Part shown: piece after piece, positions 18,942-31,400 of the stretch
How the letters are laid out: each line of letters opens with the position of its first letter
How positions within the stretch are numbered: the first letter of the stretch is position 1
Source: Pyrinomonadaceae bacterium
Lineage (GTDB): Bacteria > Acidobacteriota > Blastocatellia > Pyrinomonadales > Pyrinomonadaceae
Length of the DNA stretch: 64,000 nucleotides
Direction: 5' to 3'
Assembly: GCA_041744135.1 (NCBI GenBank)
Contig: JBGTLM010000107.1
Span: forward strand, 4,488-68,487
The notes under the pieces: model-generated
What the model was told of the DNA's origin: nothing
Database searches by the model: none
The model's input: the letters and a program-made list of their open reading frames with translations, nothing else
Position numbers and translations under genes: made by a program

Positions 18942-19805
18942 TCAGCGGTGAGCAGTCTGCGTATCGCCAATTTCATTCAAACGCTGGACAACCTGCTTAA
19001 TAAGCCAATCCGGGGTGGAGGCGCCGGCAGTGACTCCAACACGGCCCACACCTTGAAGATCGTCAGGATTGATCTCAGAAGGTGTTTCAATCAAGAAGCT
19101 TTTCTCACATTGTTCCTGACAGACCGCCAGCAGCTTGACGCTGTTAGACGAATGCCGGCCTCCGATCACATAAAACGCGTCAACTTCGCCGGCCAGAGCT
19201 CGCGCCGCATCCTGCCGATCCCGCGTAGCGGAGCAGATCGTGTTAACCACTTGAGGCTCAGCGTCGGCCTTTTGGCGTACAGCTTCAGCAACTTCGAGAA
19301 AGGTCTTCAGTTTGATGGTGGTCTGCGAGACCACCAGTGGTGATCGCAGAGTTGGCAGTGAGGCCACCTCGCCGGCGTCTCGCACAACGTAGGTATTGTT
19401 CGGCGCGTAGCCGACTACGCCGATCATTTCGGGATGATCGGGATTACCAGCAACGACAACATCGCGTCCCTGTTCAGCGGCCCGTTCGGCGAGATGCTGC
19501 ACTCTGGTAACGAACGGGCAAGTGGCATCGATCACTTGAGCGGCGCGCAGTTCCAGATCTCGCTGAACCTGGGGCGTTACCCCGTGTGCACGAATCACAG
19601 CAATAGTGTCGCCATCAGCTTCCCCGGGAGAGTCGATCGTCGACACTCCCTTTTCGCCCAATCGCTCCATCTCCTGGGCATTATGAATTAACGGTCCCAG
19701 CGATCGGATGGGGCGCGCGCCTTCCGTCACCGCCTCTTCGACCATCTCCACGGCGCGCTCGACGCCAAAGCAGAATCCGTACTCCTCCGTCAGCAAGACT
19801 TCCAT
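18942..19805 (-). CDS. ispH: 4-hydroxy-3-methylbut-2-enyl diphosphate reductase
   Basis: GFCFGVERAV, HGV, ATCPFVTRV, TICSATRDRQ, GGRHSSNS and GVTAGASTP all align with the IspH/LytB Fe-S ligand and substrate motifs. Confidence 0.92.
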   Translation of the reverse strand: MEVLLTEEYGFCFGVERAVEMVEEAVTEGARPIRSLGPLIHNAQEMERLGEKGVSTIDSPGEADGDTIAVIRAHGVTPQVQRDLELRAAQVIDATCPFVTRVQHLAERAAEQGRDVVVAGNPDHPEMIGVVGYAPNNTYVVRDAGEVASLPTLRSPLVVSQTTIKLKTFLEVAEAVRQKADAEPQVVNTICSATRDRQDAARALAGEVDAFYVIGGRHSSNSVKLLAVCQEQCEKSFLIETPSEINPDDLQGVGRVGVTAGASTPDWLIKQVVQRLNEIGDTQTAHR

Positions 19806-19827
19806 AATGTCCTTCGACCGTCGAAAA

Positions 19828-20103
19828 TTAGTTTACGGGATCTCCGGCCTGTTCCGATCGCTCGCGATCGCAAGCGCGCTTCCATTCCTCCCGCAGGCGA
19901 TCACCACCCTCAACGCGCGCATCAATCCACGCGATGTCTTTCTCGATTAAAGAGCGCACATTGCTCAAGAATTTCTTTTTAAAATCCCCAAGATCATGCG
20001 CCACGTTCGACGGCAAGATTGCATACGACGCGTCGCCGAGGTAACGTAGAGCGTCATACACCGCGTTGCAGGCGTTATCAACAGATTCCCTGGGTTCCGA
20101 CAT
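19828..20103 (-). CDS. small hypothetical protein, probably co-transcribed with ispH
   Basis: AAGGAGG Shine-Dalgarno about 8 nt upstream of the ATG at 20103. The stop lies 22 nt before the ispH start. Confidence 0.5.
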   Translation of the reverse strand: MSEPRESVDNACNAVYDALRYLGDASYAILPSNVAHDLGDFKKKFLSNVRSLIEKDIAWIDARVEGGDRLREEWKRACDRERSEQAGDPVN

Positions 20104-20245
20104 GATTAGAGCCTCCTTACGAAAACCTTGCCGCGAATTACGGCAAACTCATTCTAGCACCAGAGCTTTACGACCGCACGGCCTCGGCCGTTCCGAGCAA
20201 TCCTGGCCGACCTGAAATGGGATGGCAACTGCCCGCACCCCGCTA

Positions 20246-20998
20246 TCAGTCTGCGCGGATTGTGAGGGCAACGCTTGGCCACATTTGCTCGGCCCAGAAC
20301 TCGTACCCCTTGTCTGATGGGTGAAAACCGTCCTCGGAGAAAAACTCGGGATGAGACGGGAGCTGTTCGTGGGTGACGGCGTAGATGTCAAACACGCTGA
20401 CTTCGTGGAGCGAGGCGATTTCTTCGACCTTTTGGTTGAAGGAAACGATTTGCCGATGGTATTCGGCTCGCATGGCTGGTGGGATTCGGGGCGCGCTCGA
20501 AATATCCGGAATGTTCGTAACCAAGATTGCGGCTTTAGTATCGCTCCTAAGCCGGCTGAGAATTGCCTCGAAGTTTTTCGAAAACTGTTCAAGGGTCACG
20601 CTGTGGCCGATGTCGTTGATGCCGATGCCCAGAGTGACGAGCTGTGGATCTGCCCGCACACCGCGATCCAATTGACCACGCAACACATCCGAGGTAGTTG
20701 CCCCGCTAACACAAAGATTGGTCAATGCCGAACCCGGTCTGGGGCCGAGTATGCGCTTGAATAGGCGGGCCACGTACCCGCCATCTCTGGCGCCTACTCC
20801 AGCTCCGGTCGAGTCTCCCAAAGCTAGGTACCTGATTGGTCCCGTCATAGAATCGCTCAACTTGTTGCGCGAAATGTGAGTCAGACTGGTTGCGACGGAA
20901 CCGTTCTGAATAGGTTGTTCATGGGAGTTGCATCCGGTCATGAAAACCAGCTGAGCCAGTGTGCTTCCCGCAAGAATTGCGACTCGAATCGTCTGCAT
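20246..20998 (-). CDS. SGNH/GDSL-family hydrolase lipoprotein
   Basis: Lipobox FMTGC. Block I LALGDSTGAG, block III GINDI, block V DGFHPS. Confidence 0.8.
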   Translation of the reverse strand: MQTIRVAILAGSTLAQLVFMTGCNSHEQPIQNGSVATSLTHISRNKLSDSMTGPIRYLALGDSTGAGVGARDGGYVARLFKRILGPRPGSALTNLCVSGATTSDVLRGQLDRGVRADPQLVTLGIGINDIGHSVTLEQFSKNFEAILSRLRSDTKAAILVTNIPDISSAPRIPPAMRAEYHRQIVSFNQKVEEIASLHEVSVFDIYAVTHEQLPSHPEFFSEDGFHPSDKGYEFWAEQMWPSVALTIRAD

Positions 20999-21191
20999 AG
21001 TTCAAACTTGGTATTCAATAGCAGCGATACCCTGTTAATTATCTTACTGTCCGCAGCATAACGAACGAGTATACCGTTTTCAACGTGCGATTAAGGGCCG
21101 AATAGGCAATTCGCGGGCCGAAGTGCACTTCAGTAGAGCACAACTACGCGCGAATATATCGGTTTGATATTGCTGGAGTCGGGCTGAAAAG

Positions 21192-21842
21192 CTACTCGAT
21201 CGAACCATTCAAACTTGCCTGGGTCTGCTTTACAAGCGGTTCAACAGCGAGCTTTGTGACATCCAATGGCGTTACTGGATGAAGTGTTTTTCCATAACTA
21301 GCGACAATTCTGCGTACGTAATTTTGGGTCTCATCATAAGGAGGTACGCCGTTGTATTTATCGACCGCTCCCTCGCCCGCGTTGTACCCCGCGAGTGCTA
21401 GCTTGACGTCTCCGTTGAACCTTTTCAACAGCCAGCTCAAGTATTTCGTTCCGGCTTCAACATTAGAGGCCACGTCGTGTGCGTCAGTGCAACCAAACCT
21501 GCGTGCGGTACCCGGCATAAGTTGCATCAGGCCCTGCGCCCCCGCGCGAGACAGTGCTGTGGGTTTGTACTTCGATTCCTGCCAAATCACCGCATGAATG
21601 AAACGGGGGTCGATACCATGACGCCCACCTGCGCGAAAGATAATCCGATCCAAGGCAACATCGCCTGAAGTGGGAATGCGCTGCGGTATCATCTCTTCTA
21701 CCTGAGTTGTTGCACTTGCCGATGGCGCGAATACGGGACTGAAAAATATGCCAGTGAAATTAGAAAGAAGAAAACCAGCGATAATGGCTAAAGGGGCAAA
21801 CTTGGCGGAGCGCAAGTGGGGCATAGTTCGGCTCAAATTCAT
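21192..21842 (-). CDS. lytic transglycosylase (SLT domain)
   Basis: VIWQESKY...GAQGLMQLMPGTA...AGYNAGEGAV (catalytic Glu in the ES motif). N-terminal membrane anchor. Confidence 0.85.
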   Translation of the reverse strand: MNLSRTMPHLRSAKFAPLAIIAGFLLSNFTGIFFSPVFAPSASATTQVEEMIPQRIPTSGDVALDRIIFRAGGRHGIDPRFIHAVIWQESKYKPTALSRAGAQGLMQLMPGTARRFGCTDAHDVASNVEAGTKYLSWLLKRFNGDVKLALAGYNAGEGAVDKYNGVPPYDETQNYVRRIVASYGKTLHPVTPLDVTKLAVEPLVKQTQASLNGSIE

Positions 21843-22368
21843 TTACTGAGTTCTCCATGTGAGCGATAGCCAACGGCCATCTCAATTTTTCATTCTTACC
21901 TTGCTGCGCATGCTGGAACCGATTTTACAAATATCTTGTAATCGAACCGAAGCTAAGATGGAGACTTGGTATCATTGGTTGCTTTTTCTGCGAAACCTTT
22001 ACAAGCTAAGTCCTTCAATTGCTATGACTTACTTGTACTCAAACCGGCCGCTGGTGAACCAAGCATTTATGATACTTCTGTCTGGAATCGTTCATCTTGA
22101 AGGGTCAATTTCTTAAATTTAGGCGTACGGGAAAAGTGGAGGCTCGAAAGTTCTAGCAGATTGATTGCTTAGTCTAATTGATGTCCGGTTAACGAACTAC
22201 ACGATAAGATTTCTGCCCGGACTCTTTGACGTTTACGTTTATGAGGAGGAAAACGGGATGCGACAGAAGGGGTGTACCGAACCGTTCGCATAACTTGATA
22301 ATGAAGCTCAAGGTCAGAAGGAGGGCTTGGCCCCTGCTGGGTACGGTCTCCTCGGAAACGATGACACC

Positions 22369-24234
22369 CTACCTGACTGGCTCCCGCAAGACGCTCTCCG
22401 CACCGAGGGCGGCAATCCGCGCGGCTTCGGGGTGGGCTTTTCTTAGCCCCGCAATTTGGAGGAGCGCTTCGCCGGTGCGGGAAAGCATGCGAAAGAGATC
22501 GCCTTCTTCAGCTCGGCTTTCATATACCAGTGTGCTCCACTCCGCACCCTTGGCCCAGCGTGCGGTTGCGCCCGCCGCGGAAAAGTTAAGTTCGGGCGCC
22601 GGTTCAATCCCGTGCTTCCATTCTTCAGATGACACGCGGAAACCCGTATCCTCGAACTGCGCCAGACTGCTCACAAGTGAGTCGTCCAATTCGATCTCAC
22701 CATAGTCCCGGTCTTCATCAGCACTGAGGGCTGCCATCACCGCCGCCATCCGGGCCGGATCGAGAGTTCTGAAAAGCCCGGTCTCCAGAGCTTCCCCGAC
22801 AATTAGCGGGCGATCGATGTGCAGATCAGCCAACCAACGCCCCCGTTCGGTAACTTTCTCTGCTTCAAAATCCAGATAGCCAAACGACGCCAGAACTTTT
22901 GCCCGCTGCTCGAAGGGCCGCCATACCTGCTCACGCAGTGCCTCCTGGCGCCGCGCGGTTCGCTGTATGGCTTCGGCCTCCTCCATCACCCCCCACAGCG
23001 CCCGGTTACACTTCTCCTTCTGCTCTGAGCTCAAATTCGAGGGCAAAATTGATTCAATCGTGTCTTCGATCAAACGCAGCGCGTCGTATTCTTCATCGCG
23101 AACATCGCGCAGACGAGGCTCGGGCAGCACCAGTTCTTTGCCCCGGGTATGGATCTCCTCAAAAGCTTTTTCAATAGTCTCGTCATGAACTGGATAAATA
23201 GGTGAGTAAACCCTGCCAATTCGTTGCAGCGGAAAACTTACGCTACGGCCGTCTTCCCGGATGCCGACGATGTTGCCATCCCGACGTTGCGTAATCAAAA
23301 CAAGGCGCTTTCCGCTTCGGCCGATGCCGACAACGCGGCCAGGCCGCACCGATTCGTCCAGCCAGCGGAGCAACACTTCTGTTCTCGTCTGTGGTTTGGC
23401 CTCCTGGAGTCTGGTGCGGGCGCTGACCAGACGCTCAAGACCGAGAGCTGTTGAAAGCGGAAGCTGGCAGGCTGTTTGCTCCAACGTGGTCCTGATCCTC
23501 GCTTCGTTGTCAGCGCGCTCCTGTTCCAATTGCGTCGTCTGCCTGGCCGCATCACGATGAGCAAAACTCTTTTGAGCAATCTCGCGCACCTGGCCAAAGT
23601 TTCCGTATGCGTCGAGCAGGTTGAGCAACGTCGAGTATGTGGCCCGAAACTGACTGACCAGAGGATCAGGTCGCGACCGGAGTAACTCCGCGATCTTTTG
23701 CGGGTCCTGGTGCAACCCGGGTGCGGCTACGATAAAGCCAACCTTATCACGCCCGCGTCTGCCCGCGCGGCCCGTCATCTGCTGTAGTTCAGAAGCAGTT
23801 AATGATCTCCAGCCGCTTCCGGTGCGCGCGTCAGCGCCCATTAGCACTACCGTGCGCGCTGGAAAATCGACACCTGCAGCGACAGTAGCCGTGGCAAAGA
23901 TCGCATCCAAAAGGCCAGCGCTCATTAGTTTTTCGATTGCGAGTTTCCATGCCGGAATGTGACCCGCATGATGCGACGCTACTCCGCCTCGGATGATTGT
24001 GTCCCAGTGACGATGACCGCGAGCTTCCGGGTGCTCTTTGATAAAGGTTTGCATGAAATCGCGGCGGGCGTCATGACGACCCACATTGGGGTCGCGTCTC
24101 AAGAAGGCAGCCTCGGCGGCCGCTTGATCACAGCGTCGTCGAGTCGGCAAAAAAACAATGGCCGGGAGCAAATTGTAAGTGCCCAAGGCTGTGAGGAGCG
24201 TGGCCGGTGGCATCTCTGGCATGCTGAGTTTCAT
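22369..24234 (-). CDS. Ski2/HelY-like helicase, RecA2 lobe plus arch and DSHCT-like C-terminal domains (downstream half)
   Basis: The ATG at 24234 is preceded by AGGAAAG. LPAIVFLPTRRRCD, HHAGHIPAWK, FATATVAAGVDFPA and QMTGRAGRRGRD (motifs IV-VI). C-terminal ...WAKGAEWSTLV...EGDLFRMLSRTGEALLQI. Confidence 0.8.
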   Translation of the reverse strand: MKLSMPEMPPATLLTALGTYNLLPAIVFLPTRRRCDQAAAEAAFLRRDPNVGRHDARRDFMQTFIKEHPEARGHRHWDTIIRGGVASHHAGHIPAWKLAIEKLMSAGLLDAIFATATVAAGVDFPARTVVLMGADARTGSGWRSLTASELQQMTGRAGRRGRDKVGFIVAAPGLHQDPQKIAELLRSRPDPLVSQFRATYSTLLNLLDAYGNFGQVREIAQKSFAHRDAARQTTQLEQERADNEARIRTTLEQTACQLPLSTALGLERLVSARTRLQEAKPQTRTEVLLRWLDESVRPGRVVGIGRSGKRLVLITQRRDGNIVGIREDGRSVSFPLQRIGRVYSPIYPVHDETIEKAFEEIHTRGKELVLPEPRLRDVRDEEYDALRLIEDTIESILPSNLSSEQKEKCNRALWGVMEEAEAIQRTARRQEALREQVWRPFEQRAKVLASFGYLDFEAEKVTERGRWLADLHIDRPLIVGEALETGLFRTLDPARMAAVMAALSADEDRDYGEIELDDSLVSSLAQFEDTGFRVSSEEWKHGIEPAPELNFSAAGATARWAKGAEWSTLVYESRAEEGDLFRMLSRTGEALLQIAGLRKAHPEAARIAALGAESVLREPVR

Positions 24235-24251
24235 ACGAATTCTTTCCTGCC

Positions 24252-25136
24252 TCAGAACCTTCTTCGATGACCGGGTAAGGGTGTGCGCCGCTCCTCGCGA
24301 GCACGGTCCGCCATGGCCGCGATCTCGGGATTGAGTCTCCCGGTGTCGTTCAGCAGTGGAAGCAAACGTTGGTCTGGAAGCAGCAAAGTCGCTTTCAAAG
24401 GAACAGGCCGGTCGCCCGGCCGCGTCACCACGCGGCAACGCACTCCCCGCACCTCTTCAATCCATCGGGCAAACTCATCGGCATTGCCAATCGTGGCTGA
24501 GAGCAGCAGCAGTCGAATGCGCGGTGGAGACAAGATGATCGCCTCCTCCCAGACGTGCCCTCGATCTTCGTCGGCCAGGTAATGTGCTTCGTCCAGTACC
24601 ACCAGATCGGCGCGCACATCGTGACCTGCGCGTAGCGAATCGAAGAGCTGATTGCGGTAGATTTCGGTGGTGCCCACGATCAGAGGCGCGTCCGGATTCT
24701 CTTTGCGATCCCCGGTGAGTATGCCGACTCGACCAGCCCCGAATTCGGCGCTGAATTCCTGATACTTGGAATTTGTGAGTGCCTTCAGTGGAGACGTGTA
24801 CCAGGCGCGTTTGCCAGCCTCGATCAGTCGGCGAATCTCTTCACGCGCAATCCAGGTTTTACCGCTGCCCGTCGGCGCGGTGACCAAAACATCTGCGAAC
24901 TCAAGAGCTGCCATGGCCTCGAGCTGAAAGGGATCCGGCTTGAACGGAACTGTCGGAGGTATGCCAATTCCTTCGAGTAGTTTCTGCACTTCACGCGTTT
25001 GCGCAAGCGCACGCCGCGGAGCCAGATTTAAAGAATCATCTGTAGGTTGGAAGCGCTTGGTAGCATTTCGCCCGCCGGTCTTGCGCTCGCCTCCTCTTCC
25101 TCTACCTCTTGTGCCTTTATCGTGTCCGCGTCTCAT
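24252..25136 (-). CDS. Ski2/HelY-like DEAD/DEAH helicase, RecA1 lobe only (upstream half of a split gene pair)
   Basis: RGG-rich N-terminus. Q-motif-like FQLEA, Walker A APTGSGKT, VLDEAH, SAT and RPVPL. Ends at the TGA at 24254-24252. Confidence 0.8.
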   Translation of the reverse strand: MRRGHDKGTRGRGRGGERKTGGRNATKRFQPTDDSLNLAPRRALAQTREVQKLLEGIGIPPTVPFKPDPFQLEAMAALEFADVLVTAPTGSGKTWIAREEIRRLIEAGKRAWYTSPLKALTNSKYQEFSAEFGAGRVGILTGDRKENPDAPLIVGTTEIYRNQLFDSLRAGHDVRADLVVLDEAHYLADEDRGHVWEEAIILSPPRIRLLLLSATIGNADEFARWIEEVRGVRCRVVTRPGDRPVPLKATLLLPDQRLLPLLNDTGRLNPEIAAMADRAREERRTPLPGHRRRF

Positions 25137-25447
25137 GGCGATTATTCTACCCTAGTGAGATTGAGATGTCGGATTGAAGAGGTCATTACGCGGTGGCTGA
25201 GTTGCGATTTACTCAAGCTGCAGCTCATAAGGTCATCTATGACCTCATGCGACCGCCGCCTGGGTGATAAGTAGCTGGGTTTTACCCCGTTTCCGCTAGG
25301 CCGCACTAATCTGCTCCGTCCGCATCTCACTCTTGGCGACAGAAACCGCACCCGTTTGAGAGGGATGCGGCAAAGTGCTAACGTATCTATATCGGTTTTG
25401 CGCTTCGCAACCCGACCCGGTCCAACTCGAGTAATGAGGGAACCGGA

Positions 25448-26578
25448 ATGGTTCGAAAGGCGTTTAAAGTGGCAATGTCCGAACTTTTTGCAGATTCTCA
25501 AATAAATCGTGAGCCGCGGTGGCCGATTCTTTCTAAACTATCGGGAGCGTCGCTAGTCCTGCACGCGGGTTTGCTGTACAGCCTGGTATACGTCCCCGGA
25601 TTGCGCGATGCCTTCAACATCGCCGAGTTACTGGCAAACACGGGATACGTGGATCGGGCCTACGCAAAAACGGAAGTCGGCGATGACGTGCAGATGCTCG
25701 CGTTAGCCCCTGACAAGTTTCGTTATCCTGCAGGGTATTTTGCGACTGAACAGCAGTTGCAAGCAGTGGTCCCACCTGCTCCTTCGGTTCCTGAGATGAC
25801 TTTCACTCCGAACCGGGTAAGACAAATACCGACGCCATTTCCGACGCCATTTCCGACGCCCGAGGCTTCACCCTCTATATCAACCGCGGCGACGCCAGCC
25901 GCCTTACCGGATGCCAAGGTGGCAGCAGATTCCAAAGTCGCGGATCCGAAGAGCGCGGAAGAGGCCGAGCAGGAACTCAACAAGATCGCCGCTGAGAACA
26001 ACGTTGTCAGGCCTAATGAAAACGAAATCAACACCCGACCACTTAAAGACTGGCTGGCTCGCGCCAGCGATATGCGAGACAAGGGCCAGCTTGATCTAAG
26101 CTCAGAGATTGAAATCACAATCGCCGCAAGTCTTGGCACTGATTGCAAACTCACTAACCCTAACGTCATTCAGAAGAGAGGTGATGCACGGTTGATTGAT
26201 GTTGCTAAAGACATGGTGTTGGCTATCGGTGATAGTGGCATGCTCTCGTTTCTCCGCGATCCCAGGAAGGTCGCCGACCCGGCCAAACTCAGCTGTAATG
26301 CAATGCCGCTACAGGTTACGATCAAACTCGATCAGGATGACATTGCTGCCATAGTCGAATCCCAGGCCGATTCGCCGGAGCGGGCAGTGCAAATGGCTAA
26401 AGGTTACAATACGCTGCTGGCCGTGGGAGAATTTGCCAAACGAGGACACGACGAAGAGATTCTTTACCGAAATACCAAGGTAACATCCGAGGGCAAACAG
26501 ATTTTGGTCAACTTCAGCATGCCCCGCCCGACCGCCAGCGAAATGCTCAAAAAACAGCTACCCCCATCGGGCTTGTAG
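25448..26578 (+). CDS. membrane-anchored hypothetical protein with a Pro-rich linker
   Basis: TM segment LSGASLVLHAGLLYSLVYV, then PTPFPTPFPTPEASP. No catalytic motif recognised. Confidence 0.5.
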   Translation: MVRKAFKVAMSELFADSQINREPRWPILSKLSGASLVLHAGLLYSLVYVPGLRDAFNIAELLANTGYVDRAYAKTEVGDDVQMLALAPDKFRYPAGYFATEQQLQAVVPPAPSVPEMTFTPNRVRQIPTPFPTPFPTPEASPSISTAATPAALPDAKVAADSKVADPKSAEEAEQELNKIAAENNVVRPNENEINTRPLKDWLARASDMRDKGQLDLSSEIEITIAASLGTDCKLTNPNVIQKRGDARLIDVAKDMVLAIGDSGMLSFLRDPRKVADPAKLSCNAMPLQVTIKLDQDDIAAIVESQADSPERAVQMAKGYNTLLAVGEFAKRGHDEEILYRNTKVTSEGKQILVNFSMPRPTASEMLKKQLPPSGL

Positions 26579-26712
26579 TGGTGTTAGCGACGACCTCGAT
26601 CGAGACCGCGCGGTTTGCCTCCCTCAGTTCAGTCCTTTAAAATACCGAAACTTGGCCCGGTCAGATAATAATTAACTAACTCTTATTGGTGAGAGAAATT
26701 TAGGCGACGACA

Positions 26713-29490
<2,778 letters not shown>

Positions 29491-29964
29491 CGCGAAGGTT
29501 TTTGTCCACTTGGTGGTGCATTATGTAAACGCTGTTGGCGGACCTTTGTTACTCATCGGATCTCCTCAAAAACTGCTGTTAGACTAGAATTCACCAAGAA
29601 ATCAAGTCTCGTTGTGGTATTAAATTCCCAACTCAAATAGCCGAGCCCTAAGGCTTTTGAAGCCGGAGGAAGATAGGACGGCAAAATGGGCATCTTACTG
29701 GCGGGTGTTAGTCCCACTAATAGTAGTCGTGGGGCCGCTGCGCCAAGGTAGGCGAGCAGAATGTCAGCCATGGCTGCTTTTTTGGGTGGTGGGTCAGTTT
29801 GATGTCCGATAAGCTTTATTAGCTTGTCGTGGCGCCGCGACAAACTAAAGTTTATCGACACCCTTCAACCAAACTCACCCACTACCTGCTTTTGATCTCC
29901 TTACCCATGGATTCGGTAGTTTATAGAAGACTAAGTAGACTCTTCTCTGGGGAGTTAAGATACC

Positions 29965-31350
29965 GTGAGAACTGAAGATGTTTATGCCTTAATTCTAGGC
30001 TCTGGCCCGGCGGGGTTGGCAGCGGCATATCGGCTCACCAAATCGGGGGTCGCACCCGTTGTGCTGGAAAAAATGCATGTCGCCGGCGGTTTGATGCGCT
30101 CGATCCAACGAGGTGTCTTCAGCGTCGATCTGGGACGTAAAGAATTATACAGCCGTATCCCTGATGTCGACCGTTTTTGGACGGAAGTATTAGGCGATGC
30201 TTACCGGCCCTATCCCCACCGCGTGGGTGTCCTCTATCACAATCAAATTTTTGAGATCGAACGAAAATATCGTGGGGTTCGTCGTGGCGTGCCCTGGCCG
30301 ATGTTCTTCTTAGGCGTGCTGGATTATCTGCGGTATGCGATCAAATTCCGTGTAAAACCTATGCATAATTATGAGGAATATCGCTACCGTCGACGTGGCC
30401 GCCGGTTCACCCGCATGTTTGCCCAGGGATTTATCGAAAAATTTGAGGGTAAAAGATGGGCTGAGATGCCACCAGAAGAGGAAGTTGGTGTGCAACAGGC
30501 GACTCTTGTCGAAGTGGCTTTCGCAAAAGGCACACCGACAGCGATGGAGCAGACACACTGGCGTCATCCGGCAAAAGGCAGTGGACAGATCAGCCAGTCT
30601 CTGGAACAACACATCCGGGAAGCCGGAGGCGCTTTTCATTTTGGTACCCAAGTGTCAGAGATACACGTGTCGGACGGTCGCGTTACACAAGTCTATGTGG
30701 AGACCGAAAACGAGGAACTCGTCTTTCATCCCAAGCACGTCGTGTCTAGCCTCCCACTAGAGGCCCTCTGTCAGTTCATCCTGCCCCACGCGCTCGGAAC
30801 GGGCTCCCAGGATGTAACCAGCAAGACGCCCGTTGGCAAGAGTACAATTCTGGTCTACATCTTTTCGGCTGCGCCTCCCAAGTTCCCCCACGCTTGGTTG
30901 AACGTAACGTGCCCGACAACACGAATCGGGAGAATTACAAACTACGCAGCGTTTAATGGTGAGATGGTCCCAAAGGGCCAGACCTGTTTGTGCGTTGAGT
31001 TTTTCTGCACCGGCTCTGATCCCCTGCTCGATCTGGAAACCGAAGCGCTACACACCCTAGCACTTGAGGGATGTGTCAAGTTCGGCTTGTTGGCGCCCGC
31101 CACCTGCTTTGATCATCTTGTCCTCAAGCTACCCGGGGTAGATGCCGCCACCAAATGGCAAGACTGGATCACGGACACACGTCAACAACTCCTGAGCGCG
31201 ATACGGCCCATTGGGAATTTATACAACGTGAATCGCCCAGGAACAGACAAAGCCACCTATGCCGGTCTTCAGGCAGCCGAGGCGATACTGACAGGTGACC
31301 GAACTGCCTTTGATCGGCTGACGGACCCGCTCTCCGATGGTTTCCTCTAG
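29965..31350 (+). CDS. FAD-dependent oxidoreductase (amine-oxidase / protoporphyrinogen-oxidase-like fold)
   Basis: GTG start. ILGSGPAGLAAAYRL...VLEKMHVAGG dinucleotide-binding motif. Substrate unknown. Confidence 0.65.
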   Translation: MRTEDVYALILGSGPAGLAAAYRLTKSGVAPVVLEKMHVAGGLMRSIQRGVFSVDLGRKELYSRIPDVDRFWTEVLGDAYRPYPHRVGVLYHNQIFEIERKYRGVRRGVPWPMFFLGVLDYLRYAIKFRVKPMHNYEEYRYRRRGRRFTRMFAQGFIEKFEGKRWAEMPPEEEVGVQQATLVEVAFAKGTPTAMEQTHWRHPAKGSGQISQSLEQHIREAGGAFHFGTQVSEIHVSDGRVTQVYVETENEELVFHPKHVVSSLPLEALCQFILPHALGTGSQDVTSKTPVGKSTILVYIFSAAPPKFPHAWLNVTCPTTRIGRITNYAAFNGEMVPKGQTCLCVEFFCTGSDPLLDLETEALHTLALEGCVKFGLLAPATCFDHLVLKLPGVDAATKWQDWITDTRQQLLSAIRPIGNLYNVNRPGTDKATYAGLQAAEAILTGDRTAFDRLTDPLSDGFL

Positions 31351-31400
31351 AAATCGTAAGCGGGGCGGGTATAAGGAGAGGAGATTTTAGCGTTCTTTTT

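Noticed and set aside
21843-22368. 525-bp lower-GC non-coding stretch with an 85-aa ORF (21859-22116).
   Set aside because: The ORF translation looks non-proteinaceous (Leu/Ser/Ile-rich with no motif), and I could not recognise any ncRNA signature. It may simply hold the transglycosylase promoter and the helicase terminator.
29553-29861. 102-aa minus-strand ORF in the gap between secA and the FAD oxidoreductase; possible mobile-element fragment marking the islet boundary.
   Set aside because: Non-ATG start, no Shine-Dalgarno and no recognisable integrase or transposase motif. I left it unannotated.
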